DNA of 63,166 bases, filler included, from Octopus bimaculoides (Eukaryota), in the NCBI RefSeq assembly GCF_001194135.2. It is 4 parts of 4 records of this genome, joined end to end, with 100 filler letters (N's around TTAATTAATTAA, not from the genome) between each part and the next. Parts side by side here need not be neighbours in the genome. Positions count along the whole stretch, not along the records: positions 45,150 to 53,679 come from NC_068985.1; positions 53,780 to 63,166 come from NC_068983.1; 2 more parts are not named here. The stretch is one strand, 5' to 3'. Below, one piece after another: positions 51,868-63,166 of this stretch. The translations under genes and the position numbers were made by a program. Position 1 is the stretch's first letter, and each line of letters begins with the position of its first letter. The notes beneath the pieces were generated by a model. The model had not been told where the DNA came from, did not search any database, and was given only the letters and a program-made list of their open reading frames with translations.

Positions 51868-51970
51868 ACATACATACATACATACATACATACATACATA
51901 CATACATACATACATACATACAAAAATACATACATACATATATACATACATACATACATACATACATACA
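51868..51970. repeat. (CATA)n microsatellite
   Basis: Directly visible. Confidence 0.95.
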
Positions 51971-52299
51971 AAAATACACTTTTGCAAATGTTGAAATTCC
52001 AATGAAGGAGCCTTGAATCCAGGAGAGAAACCGGCTCTTTCTTTATTGGCAAGACATCTTGAAATAAATAAATGTATAAAACTGAACAATGACGTGCGGG
52101 TGCATGTGTGTGTGTGTGTGCGTGTGCGTGCGTGTGTGTGTGTGTGTGTGTGTGCGTGTGTGTTTACAATTCATCATACAAGAAAGTTCTTTTCTAGCGA
52201 AGAAAAAAGTTCTGTCGCTGGCATTTGGATAACACCGACAGTAAATGTTTCATTCTTAAGCTGCTTTTGAAAAGCTGTACATAATTTCACTGTTCCGCT

Positions 52300-52470
52300 T
52301 ATGTGTGTACGTCCTTCAAATCCGATACAGTGGTGAGGTTTCAGTTCGAGAACTCTGGAATTGTGAGGAGCGTGGATTCACCTCTTAATAACCTTTACTA
52401 CCAGCTCGGTTCTGATACGGAACGGTAGTACCTGTCATGGTCCTATCTGTGGATTGAACAGATTTCTCAA
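52300..52470 (-). mobile_element. Old SINE-like fragment
   Basis: GC-rich segment ..CAGGTACTACC..CAGA..GAGCT..TCCAGAG..GAACTGAAACCTCACCA. It resembles a recurring invertebrate repeat (from memory); single copy here. Confidence 0.3.
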
Positions 52471-52777
52471 GGGTAGAGGAGGCTCCCGTTATTTCCGACA
52501 AAGCCGTGGAGGAAGGTAATCATTCTAGGAGAAAGATACTCTGACGTAATATCTCGTAGTCAAAATAGTTCCGTATAAAATAGTTGATGTCAGTATGTAT
52601 ATGCATCCGTATGCATGCCTGTATTCATATATGTATGTCTTTTTTCGAGTTTCAATTTATTTGTTATTACCATTTCTTTGTTTGTGTTCCTTCAATTTGG
52701 GATTGAACGACAATATATTATATGATATTTGTATTTATACTATTTAGCTTCTTTTTAAAAAAAACTTTTTCTCACAG

Positions 52778-53000
52778 TTAAAAAAAATCAATGCAGTGAG
52801 ATCTGGCCCGCAAAGGTTGGGAATTGGAACGAAAATGAAATACAAAAAATTTTAAATACCTATTCGGGAAAGGAATCAACAACCAAGAATCTAATACCAG
52901 AAACCCATACCCTAACATTGGTTGCATCTTTGTCCACAGTTTTGGTATTAGCGATCATATTTATTCTCTTCTTAATTTTATGGATATCATTTAGACGAAA
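52778..53000 (+). CDS. Exon encoding the juxtamembrane region, one transmembrane helix and a basic stop-transfer of a single-pass receptor
   Basis: CTTTTTCTCACAG|..AA|GTAAGT, phase 1 to 2, 73 open codons: KKNQCSEIWPAKVGNWNENEIQKILNTYSGKESTTKNLIPETHTLTLVASLSTVLVLAIIFILFLILWISFRR(K). Confidence 0.72.
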
Positions 53001-53039
53001 GTAAGTAAAGTTTCTGTTTCGTTCTTACCATTCATTATA

Positions 53040-53679
53040 CAAGAATCCCTCGCTTTACGAACGTAGCGCGTTCCTAAAGACCTGACCGTAACGCCAAATT
53101 CTGTAATGCAAAATTGATTTTCCTATTGATTTTCATATTATCAAGTTGGATTGCGTTCCCACGGACATTTTTTGGAAAACAAAGAAATACAAGAAAACAA
53201 TAGAGAATAAGAAACACGATCGCCATTATACATAAAAATAATTTCTAAGCATTCACGGTAGAATTATTGCAATTAAAAACACAAAACCATTTCAAAAGGA
53301 ACACGTTAGGGGATTAATAAGAATCATGACATTGTAAGAGAATGTTCTTACTACAAAAGATATTGGCTATTGTGTGAGGGGTGGTGGTGGAATGAGCGTT
53401 GCAAGGGGGATGAAGGACAATATTTAATATCTTATACTTCATTACCACGACAATCAGCTTGAGGGGTGGAGAACGTATCCAAGGTTGTTTGTTGTTTATG
53501 ATGCACCATTGCACAGCTCAGTATAGGAACTAAGCTTATTGTAAATTCCTCTTGGAATTTTTATGTCACGTTCTCCATTAGGATTAGTATCTGCAAAAAC
53601 CTGCAGACATTTCTCTACAAGTGCCAATTCTTTAGCAATAAATTTTGGCGCCAGTTTAAGTGGTGCAGATGGAACTTCC
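53040..53679 (-). mobile_element. Tigger/pogo-like DNA transposon 3' end
   Basis: TA|CAAGAATCCCTCGCTTTACG terminus resembles the TIR of 62877-63108. Minus-strand translation ELALVEKCLQVFADTNPNGERDIKIPRGIYNKLSSYTEL resembles a Tigger C-terminus. Cut by the linker. Confidence 0.6.
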
Positions 53680-53779
53680 NNNNNNNNNNNNNNNNNNNNN
53701 NNNNNNNNNNNNNNNNNNNNNNNTTAATTAATTAANNNNNNNNNNNNNNNNNNNNNNNNNNNNNNNNNNNNNNNNNNNN
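53680..53779. other. Artificial scaffold linker
   Basis: 44N + TTAATTAATTAA (53724-53735) + 44N. Confidence 0.95.
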
Positions 53780-54033
53780 AAGGTTCACATTAGATGTATT
53801 TGTCATTTTTCCTTTGATAAAGGTATCTTTTGCACATTTATCAAGGCCAAATTGCATCCTGATGTCATCACTGAATTGTTTAACAATCGCTAGTAGGCCT
53901 TTGAGTTGTTGGTCATTTTTTGCAAAGAGCTTTAAATCATCCATGTAAATGAGATGATTTATATTTTTATCAAATATTTTATAACCATACTGTGCATCAT
54001 TGAGCAATTTTGAGAGCGGTATTAGGGCTAGCG

Positions 54034-54035
<2 letters not shown>
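53780..54035 (-). mobile_element. R4/Dong-clade LINE RT fragment with intact YMDD
   Basis: PLALIPLSKLLNDAQYGYKIFDKNINHLIYMDDLKLFAKNDQQLKGLLAIVKQFSDDIRMQFGLDKCAK. Starts exactly at a (TAA)n tract. Confidence 0.9.
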
Positions 54036-54112
<77 letters not shown>

Positions 54113-54113
<1 letters not shown>

Positions 54114-54312
54114 CGAAAACACACAGCTTATTTTGTTGGGCATGATGGAAAGTATCTGCTGTCCACAACCAGCAGACCAAGGTAACACTTGTTTATGGTC
54201 ATGCTTCAAGAACCCTGCGAAGAATTCTTGCAGTTCCAAGCAATACTGATTTTTGAAGGTGTTCTACCTTCACTCTTGCACCAATCTATTTCAGCCATGT
54301 TGGTAGTGAAGT
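54113..54312 (-). mobile_element. R4/Dong-clade LINE 3' end with (TAA)n tail
   Basis: LPTWLK*IGARVKVEHLQKSVLLGTARILRRVLEA*, then 3' UTR, then the (TAA)n array 54036-54112. Confidence 0.85.
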
Positions 54313-54720
54313 TGCTTAACGGTATTTGATCCGTCCTTACGCTCTGAACCCGCAGGTGTTGACTCTGCCTTTCATCCTCTTGAGGCCGATAAAATAAGTA
54401 CCAGTTGAACACTGGGCTTGATATAATTGATTTAACAACCCCCCTCCCTGAAATTGTTGGCCGTGTGCCAAAATCTGGAACCATTATTATTATTAGCCGG
54501 TGAATTTGTAAGACTCGTTAGCACGCCAGACTAAATGCCTACAGATGTCTCTTCCGGCTCGTTACCTTCTGAGTTCAAATAGTACCGAGATTGTCTATGC
54601 CTATGATCCTTTTGAAATCGATAAAATAAGTATCAACTAAGCGCTAGAGTCATGTAACCGACTTCTCCCTTCCATCAGAAATTGCTGGTCTTGCACCATA
54701 ATTACGAAGAATTATTACTT
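54313..54720 (+). mobile_element. Two tandem decayed SINE family E copies (54313-54495 and 54495-54720)
   Basis: Both contain GCCT.TCA/GATCCT..TCGATAAAATAAGTA.CA and (ATT)n-like tails. Confidence 0.6.
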
Positions 54721-55391
54721 TAAAAGTAATAGAAAAAATGCATATAAAAGAAACAAATTTTGTACAAATGTTTGTCGGTGGACGTGCATTCATTTCTGCG
54801 TGTGTTTGCGCGCGGGTGTGGTTATATATGTGTACGTGTTTATATTTACAATGTGTTAGTGTGTCTTTCTATACAACAATGAGCGATGTATCTTTGTATC
54901 TGTGCATTTGTGCATATATCATTGTATTTGTTTCAATGTGTGTATATGTGTATGTCTGTGTTTGAGTGCATTTGTTTATATCTGTCTGCGTATTTATGGT
55001 GCGTATTTCTATGTATATAAGTGTGTGTTTATGTATATCTGCATGAACATATGTTTCTATATAAATACATCTCTGCAAATATGTATGCGTTTATTTGTGT
55101 TCACATATGTTAGTTTTCATACTTAAGTGCACATGATGTGTATGATTATTAGCCCACGTATTTCTATGTTCGACATCGTATGTGTTACATTCCTGTAGGA
55201 GGAATGCTTACGCGCAAAAATCCAGCTGTTCCCTTCATCAGACAAATGACATACGTTGAAGCATTGAAAGGTCGTTTCTAAGCGTTTTCAACACCTTCTA
55301 CTGGCATTGAAATATTTCTGCACAGCTTCAAATTCGGAAAGGTAACAAATTTTATATAGAGAGAGAGTGAGAGAGACAGATAGATATAGAT

Positions 55392-55464
<73 letters not shown>

Positions 55465-55975
55465 CGCGCGCGCACTCATACACATATATGTATATATATG
55501 TATATGTATGTATGTATATATGTATGTATGTATATTAGAAGCAGTTGTAGTATTGTATACATAATCGAACACACATACACAATGCACGCACACCGATTGT
55601 TCGCCGGTAAGCTGCACAATTGTGCGGTGGAGATGACTCCCTCAAAGCACTGGGTGTTAACGCTTGAAAGCTTTTAACACCCGGCGAACTAATAAGTCAC
55701 ATACATTGTGTATGTATGTTCGATTATATAAATACTTATACACACACACATACAGACATACATATGTGTGAGTGTGTGTGCGTGTGTGTGTGTGTGTGTG
55801 TGCATATGTATGTACATGTATTCAATACGTGGGTGCAACTGTTATATGTGCGTGGGNNNNNNNNNNNNNGGGGGGGGGGGGGGATATGCATGTTTGTACA
55901 TGGTGTATATGGAAAGACTGCGTGTAAAGTGGAAGTAGCTTTTTATTTTTAAAATGTTATGAAATGTTATCAAAT

Positions 55976-56140
55976 AGGCACAAGTGTAGCTGTATGGTAA
56001 GGAGCTTGATTCCCAACCACATGGTCTCAGGTTCAGTCCCACTACATGGACACCTGGGGGAAGCGTCTTCTACAATTGTCTCGGGCTGACCAAATCTCTT
56101 TGAATGGATTTGGTAGACGGAAACTGAAAGAAGCCCGTCA
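55976..56140 (+). mobile_element. tRNA-like SINE head (probable 5' half of family B)
   Basis: GTAGCTGTATGGTAAG..GGTTCAGTCCC (A/B-box-like), ending GAAAGAAGCCCGTC directly into (TA)n/(GATA)n. Confidence 0.7.
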
Positions 56141-56157
56141 TGTATATATATATATAT

Positions 56158-56194
<37 letters not shown>

Positions 56195-56195
56195 C

Positions 56196-56240
<45 letters not shown>

Positions 56241-56569
56241 TACAGGGCAGGGAATCGTCAATTAGTAATAAAATTAATAATTAACAATTTTGCCGGGTAG
56301 CTCAGTATGAAAAAACCTTATCGGTAGAACCATTTATAATCATAAATATATAGGGATTAGCAATTCTGAATTCTCAGTATGTTGGAGAAGCAAGATTCTG
56401 CTAATCCTTATATATTTATGATTATATATATATATATATATNNNNNNNNNNNNNNNNNNNNNNNNNNNNNNNNNNNNNNNNNNNNNNNNNNNNNNNNNNN
56501 NNNNNNNNNNNNNNNNNNNNNNNNNNNNNNNNNNNNNNNNNNNNNNNNNNNNNNNNNNNNNNNNNNNNT

Positions 56570-56836
56570 GTGTGTGTGTGTGTGTGTATGTATATATTTA
56601 TGTGTATGTGTCTGTTTTTGTCTCCTCCCCCCACACACATCATCGCTTGACAACCCATGTAGGTGTGTTTACGTCCCCGTAACTTATTCGTTCGGAAAAA
56701 GATATCGATAAAATAAGTACTAGGCTTACAAAGAATAAGTCCTGGGCTCGATTTTTTCGACTAAAACCCCTTAAGGAGGTGCTCCAGTATGGTCACAGTC
56801 AAATGACTGAAACAAGCAAAAGAATAAAAGAATAAA
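56570..56836 (+). mobile_element. SINE family B, 3' half
   Basis: Same sequence as 49485-49692 with an (AAAAGAAT)n tail, preceded by (TG)n. Confidence 0.85.
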
Positions 56837-57302
56837 ATGGTTCTCATTACCATAATTAGAAGATCACATGCTTCATCTTATTAGCCGTTGTTATCTAAAA
56901 GCTTTCATTCCGAAGTGATTACAATAATCGCCTTCCGTTGCATATATTCATTTGTACACAAAATTTTGTTTTCATATAGCTACACATATATGCACACTCG
57001 TGTATACAGTTAGATGTACGACTACTACTGTTGGGTTAGAACTCCAGGTAGATTATCATTCATTTTCCAGACAGCTTCCAGTATCGCGGTTAATCTACCA
57101 CCCTACAAAGTAATGTTACCAGTTATGATATATAGACCATATGTATTGAGAAAATTAAGATAAGCATAAGTATAAATCATTAGTTACTACCTATGTTTCA
57201 ACATTACAGTTGTCTGGAACTCAGCATTGAATATTCTAAGAGCATCTGGATGCCTAGCCGTAATGAATCATTAATGAAACACTTTATTGCATTCTGTTAC
57301 AG

Positions 57303-57394
57303 AGATCTAATAAGAGATTTAATTTTCCCCTATATAGATATAGAGTTTTTTTTTTTTTTCGAATCCCTCTACTTCGTAAATAGAAAACAGCGAC
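57303..57394 (+). CDS. Candidate first cytoplasmic exon
   Basis: TTCTGTTACAG|..C|GTAAAG, phase 2 to 1, bridges 53000 to 61475 in frame: (K)DLIRDLIFPYIDIEFFFFFESLYFVNRKQR. The T14 run inside is suspicious. Confidence 0.3.
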
Positions 57395-57554
57395 GTAAAG
57401 ATGATTAGAAGTAAAATCATATAGTGTGTTCAAGGTTCATTAGATATTATATTAAGCATTTCCACTTGCTGTGGCGATACGTCTACCTGTCCATCCATCT
57501 ATTACTATACATGGCTCTCAATCTATTTCACAATTATGAATTCATATATTCTTT

Positions 57555-57725
57555 TATTCTTTTCTTTCATTAGTCAAGGTCATTGAACTACGGCCATACC
57601 TGAGCACCACCTTCAAGAATTTACTTGATCAAGCGGATTCCAATACTTACTAAGTCGCCCTGGTTTTATTTTCGACATGCTATGTTACAGAGACGTAAAC
57701 AAACCATTTTATTTTGTTGTGGTTA
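57555..57725 (-). mobile_element. Decayed SINE family B, 3' half
   Basis: GTCATTGAACTACGGCCATACCTGAGCACCACC..GTTACAGAGACGTAAACA, inverted relative to 56570-56836. Confidence 0.6.
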
Positions 57726-57759
57726 AACGGTGTTTTGAATGTCCTCCAATGGGGCATCA

Positions 57760-58250
57760 CTTTCTTAAAATGGTATGTGCTTTTCCTTTTACTTTTTCTT
57801 CGGTGTGTATTTTTTGTTCATTGATTAGAACGGATTAGATGCTCAGTTCCTTACAATAGATGATATTTGTTTTTAAATGTATTTTAGAAATGTTTTTACT
57901 AATATTTGTGACTATAGAATGTTTCTTCTTGCAATGGTTAAGAGATATTTTAATGCATAATGTGATTTTGCTTTCTTACATTTGCGTTCAAATATTTTTG
58001 GATTCTGTTTTAAATATAGTTAGCTTTTTTTATTTATTGAAACAGACTAGAAGTTGGTGTTCTTGCTGTGGGAAATATCTGTTTATGAAAGGCCTCTTTT
58101 AGGCTTATATTTTATTGAATTAGGTTAGAGTTGTTTGAAAATAAGGTACCATGTCGTAATATGGATCTGGGTATCGATTTTTTAATGGATTTTGTCAGAA
58201 TAGGGATGTAAGATGTCTTAGTGTAATGTTTACATCAAAAGCCAGTTTTA
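57760..58250 (-). mobile_element. Possible strongly decayed Penelope-like linker fragment
   Basis: Minus-strand pieces RPFINRYFPQQEHQLLVCFNK and TNISK..FLKYI resemble the PLE IxKHFP..H.L..FN region. Confidence 0.3.
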
Positions 58251-60163
58251 TACTGATCTTAAATTCATTTAAAATGCTATCAAAAGCCAAATTATTACGA
58301 GGTGATTTTTAAGATGTCAAATTATTATGAGGTGATTATTAAAATTATATTGTGGTTAAGGATAAAGTTTTTTTCAGATATTCTGCAAAATATTTTTCAA
58401 AGTTTTAAAAATTATTTTTCTGAAATCTTGTACAAAATTTTTAAGATCTCTTTAATATTACCTGAATTACTCATAAACATTGCTTTGTAAAATTTGTAAA
58501 GAGTGTTTCCTTAAGAATTCTTCACAAAAATTTTCATCTCAATTTTCAAATTAAAATTTAAGATTTAATAACATTTTCTTTTAAAGTATTATGCTGCAAT
58601 CGGCGCTTTTTAAAAATGATTATAAAGAACACATAACAATAGGCCAACTGAAAATAACCAAAACAGAAAACATAATAGAGGATTGCAACACCCAGTCAGT
58701 GTTTATCAAAACTCTAACTGAACACATGTCTCTACTCCAAAATTATAAGATTATTAATTACAAAAAAACAACCGCTATAGTGTTATGTTTTACTACCTAA
58801 AGGAAAATATTAATGGAAGATACTAAAAATAAAAAGAAAATATCAAAAAGAAACAATGTTAAATACAAAATATAAAAGGCAAAATACAGTATCACGAGAT
58901 CTTATCTATTGAGAAGTGTGTGTTTTGTAACAGAAATTCTTTCTGGTTGTTTATTCAGAATTTGAGTTCTCGTAAACATGTCAAAAGTTTGTTACCTGAG
59001 ATAAAACGAACCAGATTACTGAGAGTGTAACACTTGATCCTTGGAATACAAAGCCTGCAAGAACAGAATAAACTAATTATTTATGCAGTAGTTAACGAGT
59101 GAATCATAGATTGATGAGTGAATCATCGACAAACGACAGTAGTTCTCTTTCAAAAGAAATATCAGTGCAGAATCGATACTTAATCCATCGCTTGATTTAA
59201 CATTTGCACCATGTCCTTGGGGACCGTTGCAAGCACTCCGATTTGAAAATATCTTCCTCTTTCCCCTCTATCAGTGTCTGAGGCGTTGTAAAGAATCGTA
59301 GAGAATACCTTTGTTACTAAGTGCTGAAAAGAAGTTAAAGATAGAAAGCAGTAAATAAGAAACGCGGACAGGTAGCAATTTACAAGAAATTGTTAAGAAA
59401 AGCTCACAGTCGATCTGCAAGTTGCAAAAGCGGTGCTCGCTCATTTCTTTGATGCAAAATATTAAAGTTGCATTGTACGAACTTAAACACCTTCTCTTGG
59501 TCACATTTGATAGACAAATTATTATCTGATCCTTATAGGAACACGATGACACATTCTATTTCATTCCTTACAAAAGCATGTTATTTTCAGCAACGTCTAC
59601 CACCAGTGTTTGCTGCTATTCTTACCAATACAGATGACGGGATGCGAATGGATGATATCGACATCCCTGATACGGGAATCATTGAGTGATTGTGCGAATA
59701 GTAATATTAATCTAGATTTGGATGTTCTACTCTATGAGCTTCATGATTATATGCTAGACTTGTTCGCTACTTCTTGGACGCACGTCTATCGTAACTGGTA
59801 GTCAACATTTCTTACTGCGTTATTTAACGAGCGGTGATTTACTGAGAAAGAACTCGAACAAAGGGCAAGGCTTTGATAAACTCAAAGATATAGACACATG
59901 CGACCTGTCGTGCCGTCGGTGTTGTACAAATCTAGACATTTCTGGTTTAAAATAGTTGTTATAAATCTGGCTTCGACGAGATTCTGATCAAACTAGACAA
60001 ACTAAGGCGAAAGCATATAAATATGAAAGAATAAAGGGAATTATTAGGCATGAAACTGAATACTTTCACTCACTGACGTTTACATGAGCGTTAATGATGC
60101 GTATGACGTAAAATGATTAAAATTAGAAAACAAATTCTCTCTGCTAATAGTTTGAATGAGATA

Positions 60164-61447
60164 CGAGGTAGTATCACAAAGTTCCCGCACTAGTTATGTT
60201 TAATATAGAATAACTTCTTTACCTGAGTTTTCACACCGTCTCCTTCGAAATAGTTTCCTTGCACAGCAATACACCGGTCCCAGCGTTCGTGTCACCTTTG
60301 AAATCCGGTCTGGAAATTGTTTTTCGTAAGCGAGTCGAGGACCTTTTGCGATTCGCTCTAGATCACGACAACGGTGTTAAAATAGTGTCCTTTGAGCTGC
60401 ATTTTCATCTTGGCGAAGAGATGAAAGTCCGCAGGTGCTACATCTGGCGAATATGGTGGATTCAGAAGCGATACCATGTTGCTTTTGGCGAGAAACACAC
60501 GAGTGAAGAGAACTCAGTGACAGGGTGTATTGTCGTCGTGAAGAATCCAATTCTTCGCGCTCCACAGATCCGGTCGCTTTCGCCGAATGTCCTCCCTCAA
60601 AGAATTCAAAACGTCACAGAAGAACTCTCGACTGACGGTCTTGCTCTAGGAGACAAATTCACCATACACAATACCGCCGATGTCGAACAAACCGATGAGC
60701 ATGCTCTTGATTGAGTTGCGGTTCTGTTGCGCCTTCTTCGGTCGTGGAGTTGGAGGCCTCTTCCATTGTGATGAACGCTGCTTTGTCTCACGGTCGTACC
60801 CGTGGACCCAACTCTCGTCACCAGTAATGATCCTCAACATGAAGGACGGGTCATCAGCGGCACGCTGACGGAGATCTTGACAAGCTTCGAGGCGATGTTC
60901 TTTCTGCTCAGTGGTCAACAGGCAGGGGACGGACTTGCCAGAGACACGCCGCATGCTCAATTCAGACGTGAGGATTTCCTGCACGGACTTATACAACAGA
61001 CCAACAACATCAGAAGTTGATGAATTTTCTCCACATTTCCGAAAGTGACGCTCGAGGTAAGTCTTCCAGATCGCTCATCGTCTTCCAGGAGCGTTCTTCC
61101 GCTTTTGAAGCGCCCATACCACTCGAAACATAGTGTACGACCCATTGCTTCGTCGCTGTAAGCTTGGCAAAGCAGGCTCAATGTCTCTGTATCAGACATC
61201 CCAAGTTTCACGCATAATTTCACATTGGTTCGTTGTTCCAACTTCCACTCCATGACAAGACCGCAGACTACAGCATACACGTGATCACAAAAACACAAAT
61301 TTCACAACTTGCGAAGTAAACACAGCAATGTCCCTCGGCGCACTACCTCATGAAGGTCACTGCTAGATCTTACTGCGCAAGCAACCGTGTGCTGTCATCT
61401 GTCGGTGCGCTACAGAACTAGTGCGGGAACTTTTTTATACTACCTCA
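60164..61447 (-). mobile_element. Full-length mariner (DD34D), 1284 bp, inactivated transposase (ATG 61253 to about 60225)
   Basis: TIRs (C/T)GAGGTAGTAT..AAAGTTCCCGCACTAGTT with TA at 60162-63 and 61448-49. TGDESW, HDDN, YSPDVAPAD with 34 residues between D2 and D3. One frameshift and at least 4 in-frame stops. Confidence 0.95.
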
Positions 61448-61474
61448 TATTTGACAATTTATTTAGTTTAACAG

Positions 61475-61605
61475 GTAATCGTATGTCCTTGTCGAAATAC
61501 GTGCTGAACAATTTTGAGAAGGATCACTCTCTGTTGCAACTTTCCGTAGATAATCAGTCAGGATCAGAATATTACAAATTAGCTGTTTACAATAAGCATC
61601 ATAAG
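61475..61605 (+). CDS. Candidate cytoplasmic exon
   Basis: TTTAACAG|..AAG|GTAGAG, phase 1 to 0, NRMSLSKYVLNNFEKDHSLLQLSVDNQSGSEYYKLAVYNKHHK. Weakly resembles the lead-in to a kinase-homology domain (inference). Confidence 0.45.
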
Positions 61606-62769
61606 GTAGAGTATTGTATTGCTTAATGATTTGGAACTGTTCGTATTAATGCTGGTGGCAATACAGTTATTGTTAATGTTGTTGCTATTGTTTATTCTCA
61701 AGCCTGCTGTGAACAAACAGATATATGATTTAAGGCTTTCCAGTTGTAACCATTACATCATTCTTGTAGGTGGGGCGCTTATCTGTGTCCCATTTTGAAG
61801 ACAATAAGATAGCATTTAATAGTTATTTCCATCTGTAGTGCAGATAGAATACTTATATTGAAGCTCCACTTTTCAGAGCAGTTACTTAATTCCATTGCCA
61901 TGTGATAAAGCTGAGATATTGTATCCTTTGCTCAATACAGTGGATATTAAATTAAAAATTAAAATGTAAAACCGAAATATCTTTCAAAGTAAAACGAAGA
62001 AAATCTAGATATATTTTAATCATCCTGAATCATGCTAAAAGTGATCGAGGTGAGACTCCATCTTCAGAAGAGAGTAACCATAAAAATAATTAACAGGAAA
62101 TTCTGTCGAAAATCACAGAATCTCATTCTCGAGAAGATACAAATTCTATTGATTGAAGAAGAAATAGTTTAACCACGACGTTTAACCAAATTGCAAGTCG
62201 CCAAGAATAAATCATAAAGGTTTATTGTTTTTGTAAAACACACACAAATACGTACATTTTTCATTATGATATCCATGATTACACCATTTACTAACAACCA
62301 AGTTAGATCAAATGTCCCATGCCATTTTATCTTACGCTATAACAATTCTACTAGTTCATTACCTCGTACCAAACACCACAGAAAATCAATTCGTAAAAGG
62401 AATTGTCCTGGAGATTGCAATGTAAGACATTTCAGTAATATGATTATCTCCCCTGGTGGAATGTTTCCCCTTGAAATCTATATCAAATATAGACACATCA
62501 CACCAGATGATATTTTGAGATATAGAAAAAACGTGTATAATAGTAACTCTCAGCTGTCCGGGAAATAATGACAATTTTTTTTTAAATATATGAAACTAAA
62601 AATATGTAAGACTACAAAAGACCCGATTTCTGTAATGTAAATATACACACGATTTGACAAACAAACATATGCATAACGCATGTACAAGTCAAAACAAGAT
62701 GCCGACAAGTAATGACACGTGTACATGGAAATACACATACATACGTATGCATATATTTGTCCATATAGG

Positions 62770-62833
<64 letters not shown>

Positions 62834-62876
62834 TAGAGACAGAGAGATGGATACACACACGCATCACACGAATATA

Positions 62877-63108
62877 CAGTAATCCCTTGCCATATCGCGG
62901 TACACCTATCGCGATTCACCTACCGCAGTTTATTATCTAAGCTTACGTCGATTTCTCCGTGGTGTTGTTTTGCATTTATAATAAAATAAATATATGCAAA
63001 TTATAAAAGTAATTCAAAAATACACAGTACAGTACCGTTTCTACTTCACGGATTATCACCTATCGCAGGAATTTGAACATAACACTCGCGATAGTCGAGG
63101 GATTATTG
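62877..63108. mobile_element. Tigger/pogo-type MITE (232 bp)
   Basis: TIRs CAGTAATCCCTTGCCATATCGCG / CGCGATAGTCGAGGGATTATTG with TA on both sides (62875-76, 63109-10). Confidence 0.85.
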
Positions 63109-63166
63109 TATACATATATATACATATATATAAATATCATATATATACATACATAATATATATATA

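Noticed and set aside
59270-59801. Cluster of overlapping 60-90 aa ORFs in moderately GC-rich DNA
   Set aside because: No motif recognised and no consistent splice phase; possibly an old TE, but unsupported.
62266-62568. 100-aa ORF downstream of the last candidate exon
   Set aside because: No clear acceptor-donor pair and no kinase-homology or cyclase motifs.

Overview
This is 63 kb of AT-rich animal genomic DNA, saturated with microsatellites and broken by 19 N-gaps. Three gaps carry an artificial 44N-TTAATTAATTAA-44N linker, so adjacency across 23.8, 45.1 and 53.7 kb is not proven. The repeat repertoire resembles an octopod cephalopod; that is recollection and inference, not a database result. 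I found no rRNA, true tRNA gene or CRISPR array, and most ORF-track entries are microsatellite or N artefacts. The window is largely transposon relics: tRNA-headed SINEs, R4/Dong-clade LINE pieces sitting in (TAA)n arrays, Penelope-like (PLE) RT and GIY-YIG fragments, an RTE LINE piece, mariner (DD34D), maT-like, Tc1 and Tigger-like DNA elements and MITEs, and one non-autonomous Helitron. Small candidate exons on the + strand suggest a long-intron gene for a single-pass membrane receptor; the TM exon at 52778-53000 is the best supported. The most interesting signals are: (1) several minimal hammerhead-ribozyme motifs in short (TA)n-anchored elements, one with an intact core and one with a CUGUUGA core variant; (2) a head-to-tail nest of five (TAA)n-targeted elements, including two copies of a ~550-bp non-coding element; (3) a perfect 41-bp-stem foldback with TG..CA ends; and (4) the receptor gene itself.
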